NCBI GenBank assembly: GCA_963555815.3
Contig: CAUVWX020000001.1
Span: 32,001 to 96,000 of the forward strand
Source of the DNA: a bacterium
Lineage (GTDB): Bacteria; UBA8248; JACPRG01; G963555815
Reading direction: 5' to 3'
Length of the DNA: 64,000 nucleotides
This document shows, in pieces, positions 1 through 9,098 of the stretch. The position numbers and the translations under genes are program-made. Each line of letters opens with the position of its first letter. Within the stretch, counting starts at the first letter, position 1. The notes under the pieces were generated by a model. The model made no database searches. It saw only the letters and a program-made list of their open reading frames with translations, and was not told the origin of the DNA.

Positions 1-419
1 TTTGGGGCCTCATCAACAACTGCCTTGGCCTCCTTCAGGCCAAGGCCCGTGAGGGCCCGGACCACCTTGATGACCTTGATCTTCTCCCCCCCTATGGTTT
101 TCAGCGTGACGGTGAACGCCGTCTTTTCCTCTGCCGCAGGTTCCGCCCCGCCCCCTGGCGCGGCCGCCGCCGCCACGGGCATCGCAGCGCTGACACCAAA
201 GTGCTCCTCCAGGGCCTTGACCAAGTCCGCCAGCTCGAGGACCGTCATGCGCTCGATAGTGCGGATTAACTCCTCCTGGGCAGGAGACCCGTCCCCAGCC
301 TTTCGGCTTGCCTTGGCGCCCTCAGAGGGTTCCGCACCCTTCTCCGCCTCTTCTTTCACTGCCTTTGGTGCCTTCTCTTCCTTCTCTTCCTTCTTTTCTT
401 CCTTCACTTCTTCGCTCAT
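1..419 (-). CDS. rplL: 50S ribosomal protein L7/L12, 3' end outside window, with ~43-aa charged N-terminal extension
   Basis: Manual translation: [10 protein letters not shown]...[32 protein letters not shown]...[36 protein letters not shown] upstream; follows rplJ. Confidence 0.97.
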   Translation of the reverse strand, partial: MSEEVKEEKKEEKEEKAPKAVKEEAEKGAEPSEGAKASRKAGDGSPAQEELIRTIERMTVLELADLVKALEEHFGVSAAMPVAAAAAPGGGAEPAAEEKTAFTVTLKTIGGEKIKVIKVVRALTGLGLKEAKAVVDEAP

Positions 420-428
420 CACCCTCTC

Positions 429-989
429 CTAAGGAGCTTTCTCCTGCTCTGGGCCCGTCCCCGATGGGGGCGGGTTTCCCCCCTTATCCCGAATGGCGAC
501 CAGGGTCCAAACCAACTGTGACAGAAGCCCTTGCAACAGCCTCACCAAGCCCCCCATCGGGGCCTGAAGGCCGCCTAACAGTTGAGCCAACAAGACATCC
601 CGTGACGGAAGGGTCGCAACCCGCTCCACTTCCTTGGAACTGATGAACCTTCCCTCAAGGAGCCCGCCAGTGACCTGAAGCCGCTCCCTTCCCCGGGAGA
701 ACTCCCGGAGGGCCTTGGCCGGGGCAACGATATCCCCTTCACAGAGGGCCACCGAGACTGGCCCGGAAAACCCATCCTCTAGGACCTCAAAGGAGGTGTC
801 TTTCAAGGCCCGGCGGGCGAGGGTGTTTTTCACCACCCTGAGCTCAGCCCCCTCCGTCTTCAGAAGACGTCTAAGGGCCGTCATCTCTGCGACGGTCAGG
901 CCTCGGAAATCCAAGAGGATGGCCGTCTTGGTCTGGGCGAAGCGGCTGTGAAGGTCTGCCACCAGCCCCTTTTTCTTCTCAGTCCCCAA
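429..989 (-). CDS. rplJ: 50S ribosomal protein L10
   Basis: DFRGLTVAEMTALRR, VVKNTLARRAL, ATLPSRDVLLAQLLG motifs; synteny. Confidence 0.97.
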   Translation of the reverse strand: MGTEKKKGLVADLHSRFAQTKTAILLDFRGLTVAEMTALRRLLKTEGAELRVVKNTLARRALKDTSFEVLEDGFSGPVSVALCEGDIVAPAKALREFSRGRERLQVTGGLLEGRFISSKEVERVATLPSRDVLLAQLLGGLQAPMGGLVRLLQGLLSQLVWTLVAIRDKGGNPPPSGTGPEQEKAP

Positions 990-1004
990 AGCTCTCTCTT
1001 TCCT

Positions 1005-1709
1005 CTAGCGAAGGTCGCTTGCCACCTGTTGATGGTCCACCCTGACGCCGGGGCCCATCGTCGTAGAGATGGCGATCGTCCGAAGGTATTGCCCCTTGGT
1101 GGACGCTGGCTTCATCCGGATGAGGGCCTCCAAAAGAGCGCTCGCGTTTTCCACCAAAGCCTGCGTGGAAAAACTCGCTTTGCCCAGAGGGGCGTGGACG
1201 ATCCCCGCCTTGTCCACGCGAAATTCCACCTTACCCGCTTTCACTTCCCGCACCATCCGGGCTACATCGAAAGAGACGGTCCCCGATTTGGGATTGGGCA
1301 TCAGGCCGCGGGGCCCCAAGACCTTCCCCAAACGGCCGACGACCCCCATCAGATCCGGCGTCGCCACCGCCGTGTCAAAATCAAGCCATCCTCCCTGAAT
1401 CTTCTCGACCAGATCCTCGGCCCCCACAAAGTCCGCCCCCGCATCTCGGGCCTCCCGCTCTTTCTCTCCCTTGGCGAAGACCAAGACCCGTCTTTCTTTC
1501 CCGATCCCATGGGGGGGAACCAAGCTCCCCCGGATCATCTGGTCAGCGTGACGGGCGTCTACGCCCAGGCGAACGGCTATCTCCACCGTCTCGTCAAATT
1601 TGGCCTTTGGCCCCGAGCAGGCTGTCTCGATGGCCTCCAGCAGAGGGTAGCGGCGGTCCTGGTCAACCTTGGCCGCCGCAGCCCGATAGCGCTTGCCCGC
1701 TTTCGCCAT
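1005..1709 (-). CDS. rplA: 50S ribosomal protein L1
   Basis: [32 protein letters not shown] motifs. Confidence 0.98.
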   Translation of the reverse strand: MAKAGKRYRAAAAKVDQDRRYPLLEAIETACSGPKAKFDETVEIAVRLGVDARHADQMIRGSLVPPHGIGKERRVLVFAKGEKEREARDAGADFVGAEDLVEKIQGGWLDFDTAVATPDLMGVVGRLGKVLGPRGLMPNPKSGTVSFDVARMVREVKAGKVEFRVDKAGIVHAPLGKASFSTQALVENASALLEALIRMKPASTKGQYLRTIAISTTMGPGVRVDHQQVASDLR

Positions 1710-1717
1710 GAGTCCCT

Positions 1718-2143
1718 TCAACCCTCCACTTCGATACCCATGCTGCGGGCCGTCCCCTCGATGATGCGGACCCCTGCCTCAATGTCTTTTGCGTTCAGGT
1801 CGGCCATCTTCGTCTGAGCGATCTGTCGCAGCTGCTCTCGGCTCACCTTACCGACCTTCTCCCGGTTGGGCTCCTTGGACCCCTTGGCAATCCCCACCAC
1901 CTGCTTCAGCAGAACCGCTGCGGGAGGAGACTTGGTGACGAAGATGAAGGAGCGGTCGGAGTAGATGGTCAGGACCACCGGGATAATGGTCCCCTCCTGT
2001 CCCTGGGTCTGAGAGTTAAAGGTCTTACAGAACTCCATGATGTTGACGCCATGCTGGCCCAGGGCCGGTCCCACAGGGGGAGACGGGTTGGCCTGACCAG
2101 CAGGAACCTGAAGCTTCACCGTCGCTAAGACTTCCTTGGCCAT
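1718..2143 (-). CDS. rplK: 50S ribosomal protein L11
   Basis: [30 protein letters not shown]. Confidence 0.98.
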   Translation of the reverse strand: MAKEVLATVKLQVPAGQANPSPPVGPALGQHGVNIMEFCKTFNSQTQGQEGTIIPVVLTIYSDRSFIFVTKSPPAAVLLKQVVGIAKGSKEPNREKVGKVSREQLRQIAQTKMADLNAKDIEAGVRIIEGTARSMGIEVEG

Positions 2144-2179
2144 CGGTTCCTCTCGACTTCGAATCTTGCTCTTGGGGCG

Positions 2180-2207
2180 AAAAGGGCCTGCCTCTCAGAG
2201 GCAGGCC
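2180..2207 (-). terminator. Intrinsic terminator/attenuator-like hairpin in the nusG-rplK spacer
   Basis: Perfect 10-bp stem GGCCTGCCTC/GAGGCAGGCC, 3-nt loop, followed by CUUUU on the minus strand. Confidence 0.55.
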
Positions 2208-2275
2208 GCAACCACAAAAGGGCTGGGGTCACTCCACCCGTGACGAAGACAGACAGAAAGACTCCCGAAGCAACA

Positions 2276-3289
2276 CTAGATCTTCTCCACCTGCAAAAAC
2301 TCAAGCTCCACCGGTGTAGGCCGCCCAAAGATGGTCACCATGAGTTTCAGCTTTCCCTTTTCCAGGTTTACCTCTTCAATCATGCCCGTGAAGTTGGTAA
2401 AGGGCCCTTCGACGACCCGCACACTCTCGCCCCGCTCAAAGAGGATCTTCGGTTTGGCCGTTGTGTCATGCTGCATCCTCTCCAGGATCTTGTCGACCTC
2501 GGCATTCTCGAGGGGGGTGGGAAGGTTTCCTCCTCCCAAAAAGCCCGTCACCTTTGGCGTATTTTTGATGAGGTACCAGGTGTCGGTGTTCATCCGCATC
2601 TGGATGAGGATGTAGCCAGGGAAATACTTGCGGGCCGAGACCCGGCGCTTGCCCCCCTTGATCTCCACCACATCCTCAGTAGGAACCAGGAGACTTCCCA
2701 CTTGCCCCTGAAGGGGGGGGGTCTCCTTTCGCTCCTCAATGCTGGCTTTCACCTTCCCCTCATAACCGGAATAGGTGTGGATGACATACCACCTCATCCC
2801 CGTCTCTTCTGATTCCTCCTGGGCTTCCTCTTCCCGCTCCTTCGCCGGCGGAACCTCGGGGACATCAGCCTCTACTGGGGCGGCTGTCTCCTCAGACGGA
2901 GCCGCCTCGACCTCCTCAGCCTCGACAGAAGGGGCTGTCTCCTCAGACGGGACCGCCTCGACCTCCTCAGCCTCGGCAGAAGGGGCCGCCTCCGCTGACG
3001 GGGTCACTTCTTCCGCCTCAGCCTCGGCAGAAGGGGCCGCCTCCGCTGACGGGGTCACTTCTTCCGCCTCAGTCTCAGCAGAAGGGACCGCCTCCGCTGA
3101 CGGGGTCACTTCTTCCGCCTCAGTCTCGGCAAAAGGGGCCGCCTCCGCTGACGGGGTCACTTCTTCCGCCTCAGCCTCGGCAGAAGGGGCCGCCTCCGCT
3201 GACGGAGCCGCCTCGACCTCCGCCTTGGAGGAAGGGGTGGGCTCCTCGGAGAGAGGGCCCTTCTCTTCAGCGATCACGTCTGGGGTCAT
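2276..3289 (-). CDS. nusG: Transcription termination/antitermination factor NusG with long acidic repetitive N-terminal extension
   Basis: [36 protein letters not shown] (KOW), [12 protein letters not shown]; start overlaps the secE stop (ATGA). Confidence 0.97.
   Translation of the reverse strand: MTPDVIAEEKGPLSEEPTPSSKAEVEAAPSAEAAPSAEAEAEEVTPSAEAAPFAETEAEEVTPSAEAVPSAETEAEEVTPSAEAAPSAEAEAEEVTPSAEAAPSAEAEEVEAVPSEETAPSVEAEEVEAAPSEETAAPVEADVPEVPPAKEREEEAQEESEETGMRWYVIHTYSGYEGKVKASIEERKETPPLQGQVGSLLVPTEDVVEIKGGKRRVSARKYFPGYILIQMRMNTDTWYLIKNTPKVTGFLGGGNLPTPLENAEVDKILERMQHDTTAKPKILFERGESVRVVEGPFTNFTGMIEEVNLEKGKLKLMVTIFGRPTPVELEFLQVEKI
2866..3217 (-). repeat. Coding tandem repeat, 51-nt/17-aa unit ([17 protein letters not shown]), about 7 copies; boundaries approximate
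   Basis: Near-identical units tcagcctcggcagaaggggccgcctccgctgacggggtcacttcttccgcc in tandem. Confidence 0.95.
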
Positions 3290-3486
3290 CTTATGAATTG
3301 TCCGATCAGCCTGGATAAACCAAGGTCCACGAGACCGAGATAAATGGCGATGAAAAAAACAGCCACCAGAACGACGGCGGTCGAGGCGACGGTCTCCTTG
3401 CGGGTGGGCCAGGAGACCTTTCGCACCTCGACCCTCACCTCCCGAAGGAACTCAACCCCTTTTCGATAACCCGCTCCAACTTCCAT
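3286..3486 (-). CDS. secE: Preprotein translocase subunit SecE
   Basis: FLREVRVEVRKVSWPTRKE plus one TM helix; between tRNA-Trp and nusG. Confidence 0.95.
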   Translation of the reverse strand: MEVGAGYRKGVEFLREVRVEVRKVSWPTRKETVASTAVVLVAVFFIAIYLGLVDLGLSRLIGQFIR

Positions 3487-3525
3487 CCGCCGACCCCATT
3501 CGTCGATATAGCCGATATAGGAGAC

Positions 3526-3602
3526 TGGCAGGCCAGGAGGGATTCGAACCCCCAACCCTCGGATTTGGAGTCCGATGCTCTAACCGTTCGAGCTACTGGC
3601 CT
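3526..3602 (-). tRNA. tRNA-Trp (CCA)
   Basis: Cloverleaf, anticodon loop CTCCAAA, GGTTCGAAT T-loop, encoded CCA end. Confidence 0.97.
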
Positions 3603-3686
3603 GAGATCCTCTCCGCGTTGCGTCTCGCGGCAAGCCCTGTTCCCTCAAGTGCAACCTCCTCATCCATCGCACGGGTGAGAGGGCGC

Positions 3687-3836
3687 TCATTTCGTCTCCC
3701 GGTGAAGCGTGTGCTTTCGACAGAACCGGCAGTACTTTTTGAACTCCAGCCGGTCGGGCGTGTTCCTCTTGTTCTTAGTGGTCGAATAATTGCGTCGCTT
3801 GCAATCGTTGCAAGCCAGCGTCACGATGTCTCGCAT
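3687..3836 (-). CDS. rpmG: 50S ribosomal protein L33 (Zn-binding type)
   Basis: Manual translation [49 protein letters not shown] (below ORF-track cutoff). Confidence 0.97.
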   Translation of the reverse strand: MRDIVTLACNDCKRRNYSTTKNKRNTPDRLEFKKYCRFCRKHTLHRETK

Positions 3837-3872
3837 CTAAAAGACCCTGCCCCTCCATGAGGCTTTCAGTCC

Positions 3873-5066
3873 CTATTCCAGGATTTCGCTGATGACGCCT
3901 GCTCCGACGGTGTGGCCCCCTTCGCGGATGGCGAACCGAAGCTCCTTCTCCATGGCGATCGGCTTGACCAGCTCCACCTCCATACTCACATTGTCCCCAG
4001 GCATCACCATCTCCACGCCCTCTGCCAGCTTCGCCACACCCGTCACGTCCGTCGTTCGAAAATAAAACTGCGGGCGATATCCATTAAAAAAGGGCGTGTG
4101 CCGACCACCCTCCTCCTTCGTTAAAATGTAAGCCTCCGCCTTAAAACGCGTGTGCGGCGTAATCGAACCAGGCACCGCCAACACCTGACCCCGCTCCACC
4201 TCCTCACGCTTCAAACCACGCAACAACACCCCAATGTTGTCCCCCGCCTGACCCTGGTCCAACAACTTCCTGAACATCTCCACACCCGTCGCCACCGTCT
4301 TCTGCGTCAGACGTAATCCCACCACCTCTACCTCATTGCCCACCTTCACCACACCACGCTCCACTCGACCCGTCACCACCGTCCCACGACCAGAAATGCT
4401 GAACACATCCTCCACAGGCATCAAAAAAGGCTTCTCCACATCGCGAACAGGCACAGGAATATAATTGTCCACCGCCTCCATTAAATCCACAATGCACTTG
4501 GCGTCCGCATGACCCGGGTCAGCCGCCTCCAACGCCCGAAGCGCACTCCCGCGAATCACGGGAATGTCGTCCCCAGGAAACTCATACGCCGTCAATAACT
4601 CCCGCACCTCAAGCTCCACCAGGTCCTTCAACTCCTCATCGTCCACCTGGTCCACCTTGTTCAAAAACACCACGATGTGCGGCACACCCACCTGACGAGC
4701 CAACAATACGTGCTCCCGCGTCTGAGGCATCGGACCATCCGCCGCACTCACCACTAAAATCGCACCGTCCATCTGCGCCGTCCCCGTAATCATGTTCTTC
4801 ACGTAGTCCGCATGACCAGGACAGTCCACGTGCGCATAGTGACGAGGACCCGTCTCATACTCCACATGACTTACCGAAATCGTGATCCCGCGCTCCCGCT
4901 CCTCAGGCGCCTTGTTGATCTCGTCATAAGAAACATACTGCGCCTGACCCTGCTTGCTTAAAATCATCGTGATCGCCGCCGTCAGCGTCGTCTTCCCATG
5001 CTGAACGTGACCTATCGTCCCTACATTCACATGAGGCTTCGTCCGCTCAAATCGCGCCTTGCTCAT
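3873..5066 (-). CDS. tuf: Elongation factor Tu
   Basis: [52 protein letters not shown]. Confidence 0.99.
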   Translation of the reverse strand: MSKARFERTKPHVNVGTIGHVQHGKTTLTAAITMILSKQGQAQYVSYDEINKAPEERERGITISVSHVEYETGPRHYAHVDCPGHADYVKNMITGTAQMDGAILVVSAADGPMPQTREHVLLARQVGVPHIVVFLNKVDQVDDEELKDLVELEVRELLTAYEFPGDDIPVIRGSALRALEAADPGHADAKCIVDLMEAVDNYIPVPVRDVEKPFLMPVEDVFSISGRGTVVTGRVERGVVKVGNEVEVVGLRLTQKTVATGVEMFRKLLDQGQAGDNIGVLLRGLKREEVERGQVLAVPGSITPHTRFKAEAYILTKEEGGRHTPFFNGYRPQFYFRTTDVTGVAKLAEGVEMVMPGDNVSMEVELVKPIAMEKELRFAIREGGHTVGAGVISEILE

Positions 5067-5126
5067 GACCTTACTCCCTAAAACAATTAAAAGGACCTTG
5101 CTCGCCAATTCCCTCTCGTCAATCAC

Positions 5127-5202
5127 TGGAGCCCACGACCGGATTTGAACCGGTGACCCCGTCCTTACCAAGGACGTGCTCTACCGCCTGAGCTACGTGG
5201 GC
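5127..5202 (-). tRNA. tRNA-Thr (GGT)
   Basis: Cloverleaf, anticodon loop TTGGTAA, CCA end; tufB-type tRNA cluster. Confidence 0.97.
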
Positions 5203-5224
5203 CTGGGTCCCCTCAGACTCCGCT

Positions 5225-5302
5225 TGGAGCGGGAAACGGGATTCGAACCCGCGACCCTCGGCTTGGAAGGCCGATGCTCTAGCCAGACTGAGCTATTCCC
5301 GC
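5225..5302 (-). tRNA. tRNA-Gly (TCC)
   Basis: Cloverleaf, anticodon loop CTTCCAA, CCA end. Confidence 0.97.
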
Positions 5303-5319
5303 CTGCGGCCTAAACACTG

Positions 5320-5404
5320 TGGTGGGGAGGGGAGGATTCGAACCTCCGAAGGCTTAGCCGACAGATTTACAGTCTGTTCCCTTTGGCCGCTCGGGAACCT
5401 CCCC
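5320..5404 (-). tRNA. tRNA-Tyr (GTA)
   Basis: Cloverleaf with long variable arm, anticodon loop CTGTAAA, CCA end. Confidence 0.97.
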
Positions 5405-5426
5405 CACTTGAGCCATTTCAATTGGT

Positions 5427-5502
5427 TGGAGCTGGCGAAGGGATTTGAACCCCCGACCTGCTGATTACAAGTCAGCTGCTCTCCCAACTGAGCTACGCCA
5501 GC
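5427..5502 (-). tRNA. tRNA-Thr (TGT)
   Basis: Cloverleaf, anticodon loop CTTGTAA, CCA end. Confidence 0.97.
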
Positions 5503-5519
5503 AATAAGATAAACGTGTA

Positions 5520-5548
5520 ACATTATCAACCTCTTTCCTTCTTGTCAA
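5520..5548 (-). promoter_or_regulatory. sigma70-type promoter for the tRNA-tuf operon, overlapping the rlmB 3' end
   Basis: TTGACA-17nt-TAATGT, 17 nt upstream of tRNA-Thr(TGT). Confidence 0.7.
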
Positions 5549-6314
5549 CACTATATTTTTGACTATATTTCCGTCCTCGGGTCATTTCATAGAGCGCTAT
5601 CCCCAGGGCCACTGACACGTTCAGACTGGAAGGCACATTCAACGTCGGAATCCGGATCAGGTAATCACATCCCTCGCGCACAAGCCTTCGAAGGCCTGTC
5701 CCCTCGCCTCCCACCACGATCGCCAGAGGGTCCTCCAGGGCGATCTCGCCCATGGCCTTTTTCCCTCTCTCATCCAGGCCCAGGACCCAAAACCCCTCCT
5801 CTTTCGCGCCTTCCAGGGCCCTTGTCAGGTTCACCACGCGGCAAAGGGGGACGTGATCCAGGGCGCCGGCCGCCGCCTTCGCCGCAACCGGAGAGGGCGG
5901 CGCCGTCCGCTCCCGGGTGAAAACGACGCCCGATCCCCCAAAGGCCCCCACCGATCTCACCAGGGCCCCCAAGTTCCTCGGGTCCTGGACTCCGTCCAGG
6001 AAGAGCAACAAGGGATGAGGCGCTTTTCTGGCCTCCTGAAGAAGCCTCTGAAGGTCCACCAGGGGCAACGGACCCGCCTGGGCCACCACCCCCTGGTGGT
6101 CCCTGGTTCCCGCCATCTCATCGAGGGTGCGTCGGGGCAAAAATGTGGGGGTTACACCCCGCCCCTTGGCCTCGGCAAGCAGGCTGGCTACCTCCTGATC
6201 CCTCCGGCCCTTAAGCAGCCAGAGCCCCCTCACCTGCCGTCTTCCCGCCCTCAGGATCTCCAGAACGGGATGAAGCCCGTAAAAATGCTGAAACCTCTCC
6301 CCCCTCGCCGTCAG
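5526..6314 (-). CDS. rlmB: 23S rRNA Gm2251 2'-O-methyltransferase (SpoU/TrmH family); start uncertain
   Basis: YGLHPVLE N-terminal motif upstream of the ORF-track start, HQGVVA, LDGVQDPRNLGALVRS, GGEGTG, SLNVSVA; adjacent to cysS. Confidence 0.93.
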   Translation of the reverse strand: MTARGERFQHFYGLHPVLEILRAGRRQVRGLWLLKGRRDQEVASLLAEAKGRGVTPTFLPRRTLDEMAGTRDHQGVVAQAGPLPLVDLQRLLQEARKAPHPLLLFLDGVQDPRNLGALVRSVGAFGGSGVVFTRERTAPPSPVAAKAAAGALDHVPLCRVVNLTRALEGAKEEGFWVLGLDERGKKAMGEIALEDPLAIVVGGEGTGLRRLVREGCDYLIRIPTLNVPSSLNVSVALGIALYEMTRGRKYSQKYSVDKKERG

Positions 6315-6337
6315 TCACGCCTCCCCGTGGCGGCTCT

Positions 6338-7828
6338 TCAGGTTCCGTTTTTCATCTCTGTCGTCCCCGTGGTCTCGGACGGGCGGATGAACTTCCATCG
6401 GGTCCCGTGAGGGCCGTCTTCTATCTGGATGTGAAGGGCGACCAGCTCATCCCGGATGCGGTCCGCCGCGGTCCAGTCTTTCTGCTCGCGTGCCCGCTGT
6501 CGTCCGGCGACGAGATCATCAATCTGGGTGGGGCTCATGTGGGCCTCTTCCTCGTGCCCGCGGAACCAGTCCTCGGGGGAAGACTGCAGGAGCCCCAGGA
6601 CAGCTCCCCTCTTCAGCAAAGACGCCCGGCATTGTTCCAAGAGGGCCCGGCTGATCGGCCGTTTCGCCTCCCGGCACCGGTCTATATGGGTGTTGATCTC
6701 CTTTGCCAGTTCAAAAAATTCCCCAATGGCCCCCGCGGTGTTGAAGTCATTGTCCATGGCCTCCTGGAACCCCGCTTCAAAGGCCAGGAGGGCCTCCTTG
6801 AGCTCGGGATCTTCGGGGCCCTCGTCCCCCACCTGTGCCAACCCCTCCTCCAGTCGAAGGAAACAGTTATAGAGGCGGTCAAGGGCCCTCTCGGTTTCTG
6901 CCATGAGCTCCTCGGAATATTCCAAGGGGCTTCGATAATGGGCGCCGAGAAGGAAGAATCGCACGGTCTCGGCGTGAAACCTGTCCAGGAGGACCTTCAG
7001 GGGAAGAATGTTCCCCCGGGATTTAGACATCTTCTCCCTGTTAAATTTGACAAACCCATTGTGCATCCAATACTTCACGACGGCCTTTCCTGTATAAGCC
7101 TGGGACTGAGCCCGCTCGTTCTCGTGGTGAGGGAAGATGAGATCCTCTCCGCCCCCATGAATATCGAAGGAGGGCCCCAGGTGGCCCATGGACATGGCTG
7201 AGCACTCGATGTGCCATCCAGGCCTGCCCAACCCCCAAGGGCTCTCCCAAGCGGGTTCCCCGCTCTTGGCACTTTTCCAGAGGGCAAAATCCAGGGGGTC
7301 TCGCTTTCGCTCGTCTACCTTCACCCGGGCCCCCACGCGCAGGTCGTCCAGGTTCTCTCGGGAGAGGGCGCCATAATTCGGGAAACTTCTCACCGAAAAG
7401 TAGACATTGCCTTCAGACGCATAGGCATATCCCTTCTCGATGAGGGCCTGAATAACGGTGAGGATTTCATCGATGTGTTCCGTGGCCTTGGGCTCTATAT
7501 CGGGCGCGGGAAGGCCCAGGCGCTTCATGTCCCGGGAGAACTCATCGATATAGCGGTTGGCGATGATCTCGGCCTCCACTCCCTCCTGATGTGCCCGCTC
7601 GATGATCTTGTCGTCCAGGTCGGTAAAGTTTCGGACATAGGTCACTTGGTAGTCGAGCAACCTCAGATACCTTCGGACGACCTCGAATAAGACGGCCCCT
7701 CGCGCATGACCGAGGTGGACGTCGTCATAGACAGTGACCCCACAGACGTACATCCGCACCCGCCCGGGCTCGGAAGGCTCAAAGGGCTCTTTCTGGTGGG
7801 TCAAAGTGTTGTAGACCTTAAGGCCCAT
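6338..7828 (-). CDS. cysS: Cysteine--tRNA ligase
   Basis: YVCGVTVY..HLGH, PGWHIECSAM, DIHGGGEDLIFPHHENE, KMSKS. Confidence 0.98.
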   Translation of the reverse strand: MGLKVYNTLTHQKEPFEPSEPGRVRMYVCGVTVYDDVHLGHARGAVLFEVVRRYLRLLDYQVTYVRNFTDLDDKIIERAHQEGVEAEIIANRYIDEFSRDMKRLGLPAPDIEPKATEHIDEILTVIQALIEKGYAYASEGNVYFSVRSFPNYGALSRENLDDLRVGARVKVDERKRDPLDFALWKSAKSGEPAWESPWGLGRPGWHIECSAMSMGHLGPSFDIHGGGEDLIFPHHENERAQSQAYTGKAVVKYWMHNGFVKFNREKMSKSRGNILPLKVLLDRFHAETVRFFLLGAHYRSPLEYSEELMAETERALDRLYNCFLRLEEGLAQVGDEGPEDPELKEALLAFEAGFQEAMDNDFNTAGAIGEFFELAKEINTHIDRCREAKRPISRALLEQCRASLLKRGAVLGLLQSSPEDWFRGHEEEAHMSPTQIDDLVAGRQRAREQKDWTAADRIRDELVALHIQIEDGPHGTRWKFIRPSETTGTTEMKNGT

Positions 7829-7861
7829 TGGCCCTCTTCTTAGCTGGGGATCTCTCTATCC

Positions 7862-8350
7862 TCAGGCAGTGGCCTCGCCGACCTCCGTGAGGGCACAGAT
7901 GGCTTGCGCCGCTATCCCTTCCTCTCGACCCGCAAAGCCAAGGCCCTCTGTCGTCGTGGCCTTGACGCTGACCAGGAGAGGAGAGACCCCGAGGGCCTTT
8001 GAGATGACCTCACGCATGGACTCCACATACGGCCGAAGCCTCGGGCGCTGGGCCACGACGGTGGCGTCCAGGTTCACCACCCGAAGGTTTGCTCCCCGAA
8101 GAAGCTTCGCCACTTCTTCCAGGAGCGTTACGCTGGAGATGTCCCGGAATCGGGCATCGTTGTCCGGGAATCGAAGCCCGATATCCCCGAGGGCACCTGC
8201 CCCAAGGAGGGCGTCGCAGATGGCGTGCAGGAGGACATCGGCATCGCTATGCCCGGTCAAGCCGCGCTCGAAGGGGATCTCAACCCCCCCGAGCATCAGC
8301 CTTCGGCCCTTGGCCAAGGCGTGGACATCATATCCAATGCCTACCCGCAT
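7862..8350 (-). CDS. ispF: 2-C-methyl-D-erythritol 2,4-cyclodiphosphate synthase
   Basis: GIGYDVH, GHSDADVLLHA, KATTTEGLGF. Confidence 0.97.
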   Translation of the reverse strand: MRVGIGYDVHALAKGRRLMLGGVEIPFERGLTGHSDADVLLHAICDALLGAGALGDIGLRFPDNDARFRDISSVTLLEEVAKLLRGANLRVVNLDATVVAQRPRLRPYVESMREVISKALGVSPLLVSVKATTTEGLGFAGREEGIAAQAICALTEVGEATA

Positions 8351-9039
8351 CAGGATTTCTTGCCTCTCAGCAGGAGACCTGCCAGGGCAAGGTCCATCGG
8401 CGTCGTGATCTTGATATTGTTCGGATCTCCCTCCACCACTCGCACCCGGTAGCCCGCCCGCTCGGCCAGAGAGGAGTCATCCGTCCCGTCATAGCCCTCT
8501 CTCGAGGCCCGGCGAAGGGCCTCTCGAAAAAGGCTTGCTCGGAAGGCCTGAGGGGTTTGCGCGCGCCAGAGGCGATCGCGACGGAGGGTCCGATGGACCC
8601 ACCCCCCTCGGGCACCCGCCTTGACCGTGTCCACCTCGGGGACCGCCGAAAGGGCTGCCCCCGCTTCCTTGGCGGCGGCGATAACCTGCTCAATAAGAGA
8701 AGGGGCCACCAGAGGCCGAGCCCCGTCATGGATAAGAAGAAAATCGAATTTCGGGGGGACCCGCTCCACCCCTCTACGGACCGATTCCCCGCGACTGGCT
8801 CCCCCGGCCAGGACGGCCCGCACCTTCAAGAACCCGTAAGGCTTAATCAACTTTTGGCGACACCAGCGGACTTGCCCCGGGGGAACCACCACGAAGATGG
8901 CCTCAACGGAGGATGCTTCCAGGGCGCGGAGGGTGTGGACCAGGACTGGGGCCCCGCCCAGGGACGCAAACTGCTTGGGGGTTGATCCCCCTAAACGCTC
9001 TCCTGACCCCGCCGCCGGGACGACCGCCGCCACTCTCAT
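8350..9039 (-). CDS. ispD: 2-C-methyl-D-erythritol 4-phosphate cytidylyltransferase
   Basis: AAGSGERLG..PKQF, IHDGARP, AQTPQAF, NIKITTPMD. Confidence 0.97.
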   Translation of the reverse strand: MRVAAVVPAAGSGERLGGSTPKQFASLGGAPVLVHTLRALEASSVEAIFVVVPPGQVRWCRQKLIKPYGFLKVRAVLAGGASRGESVRRGVERVPPKFDFLLIHDGARPLVAPSLIEQVIAAAKEAGAALSAVPEVDTVKAGARGGWVHRTLRRDRLWRAQTPQAFRASLFREALRRASREGYDGTDDSSLAERAGYRVRVVEGDPNNIKITTPMDLALAGLLLRGKKS

Positions 9040-9098
9040 CGTCTTTCGCCACGGTATGACCCTGGCGGGTCAGTGAGACCGCGCGCCCTCCCCCTAGC

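Noticed and set aside
2866..3217. Regular repeats as a possible CRISPR array
   Set aside because: No unique spacers; the unit is 51 nt, in frame within nusG; no cas genes nearby
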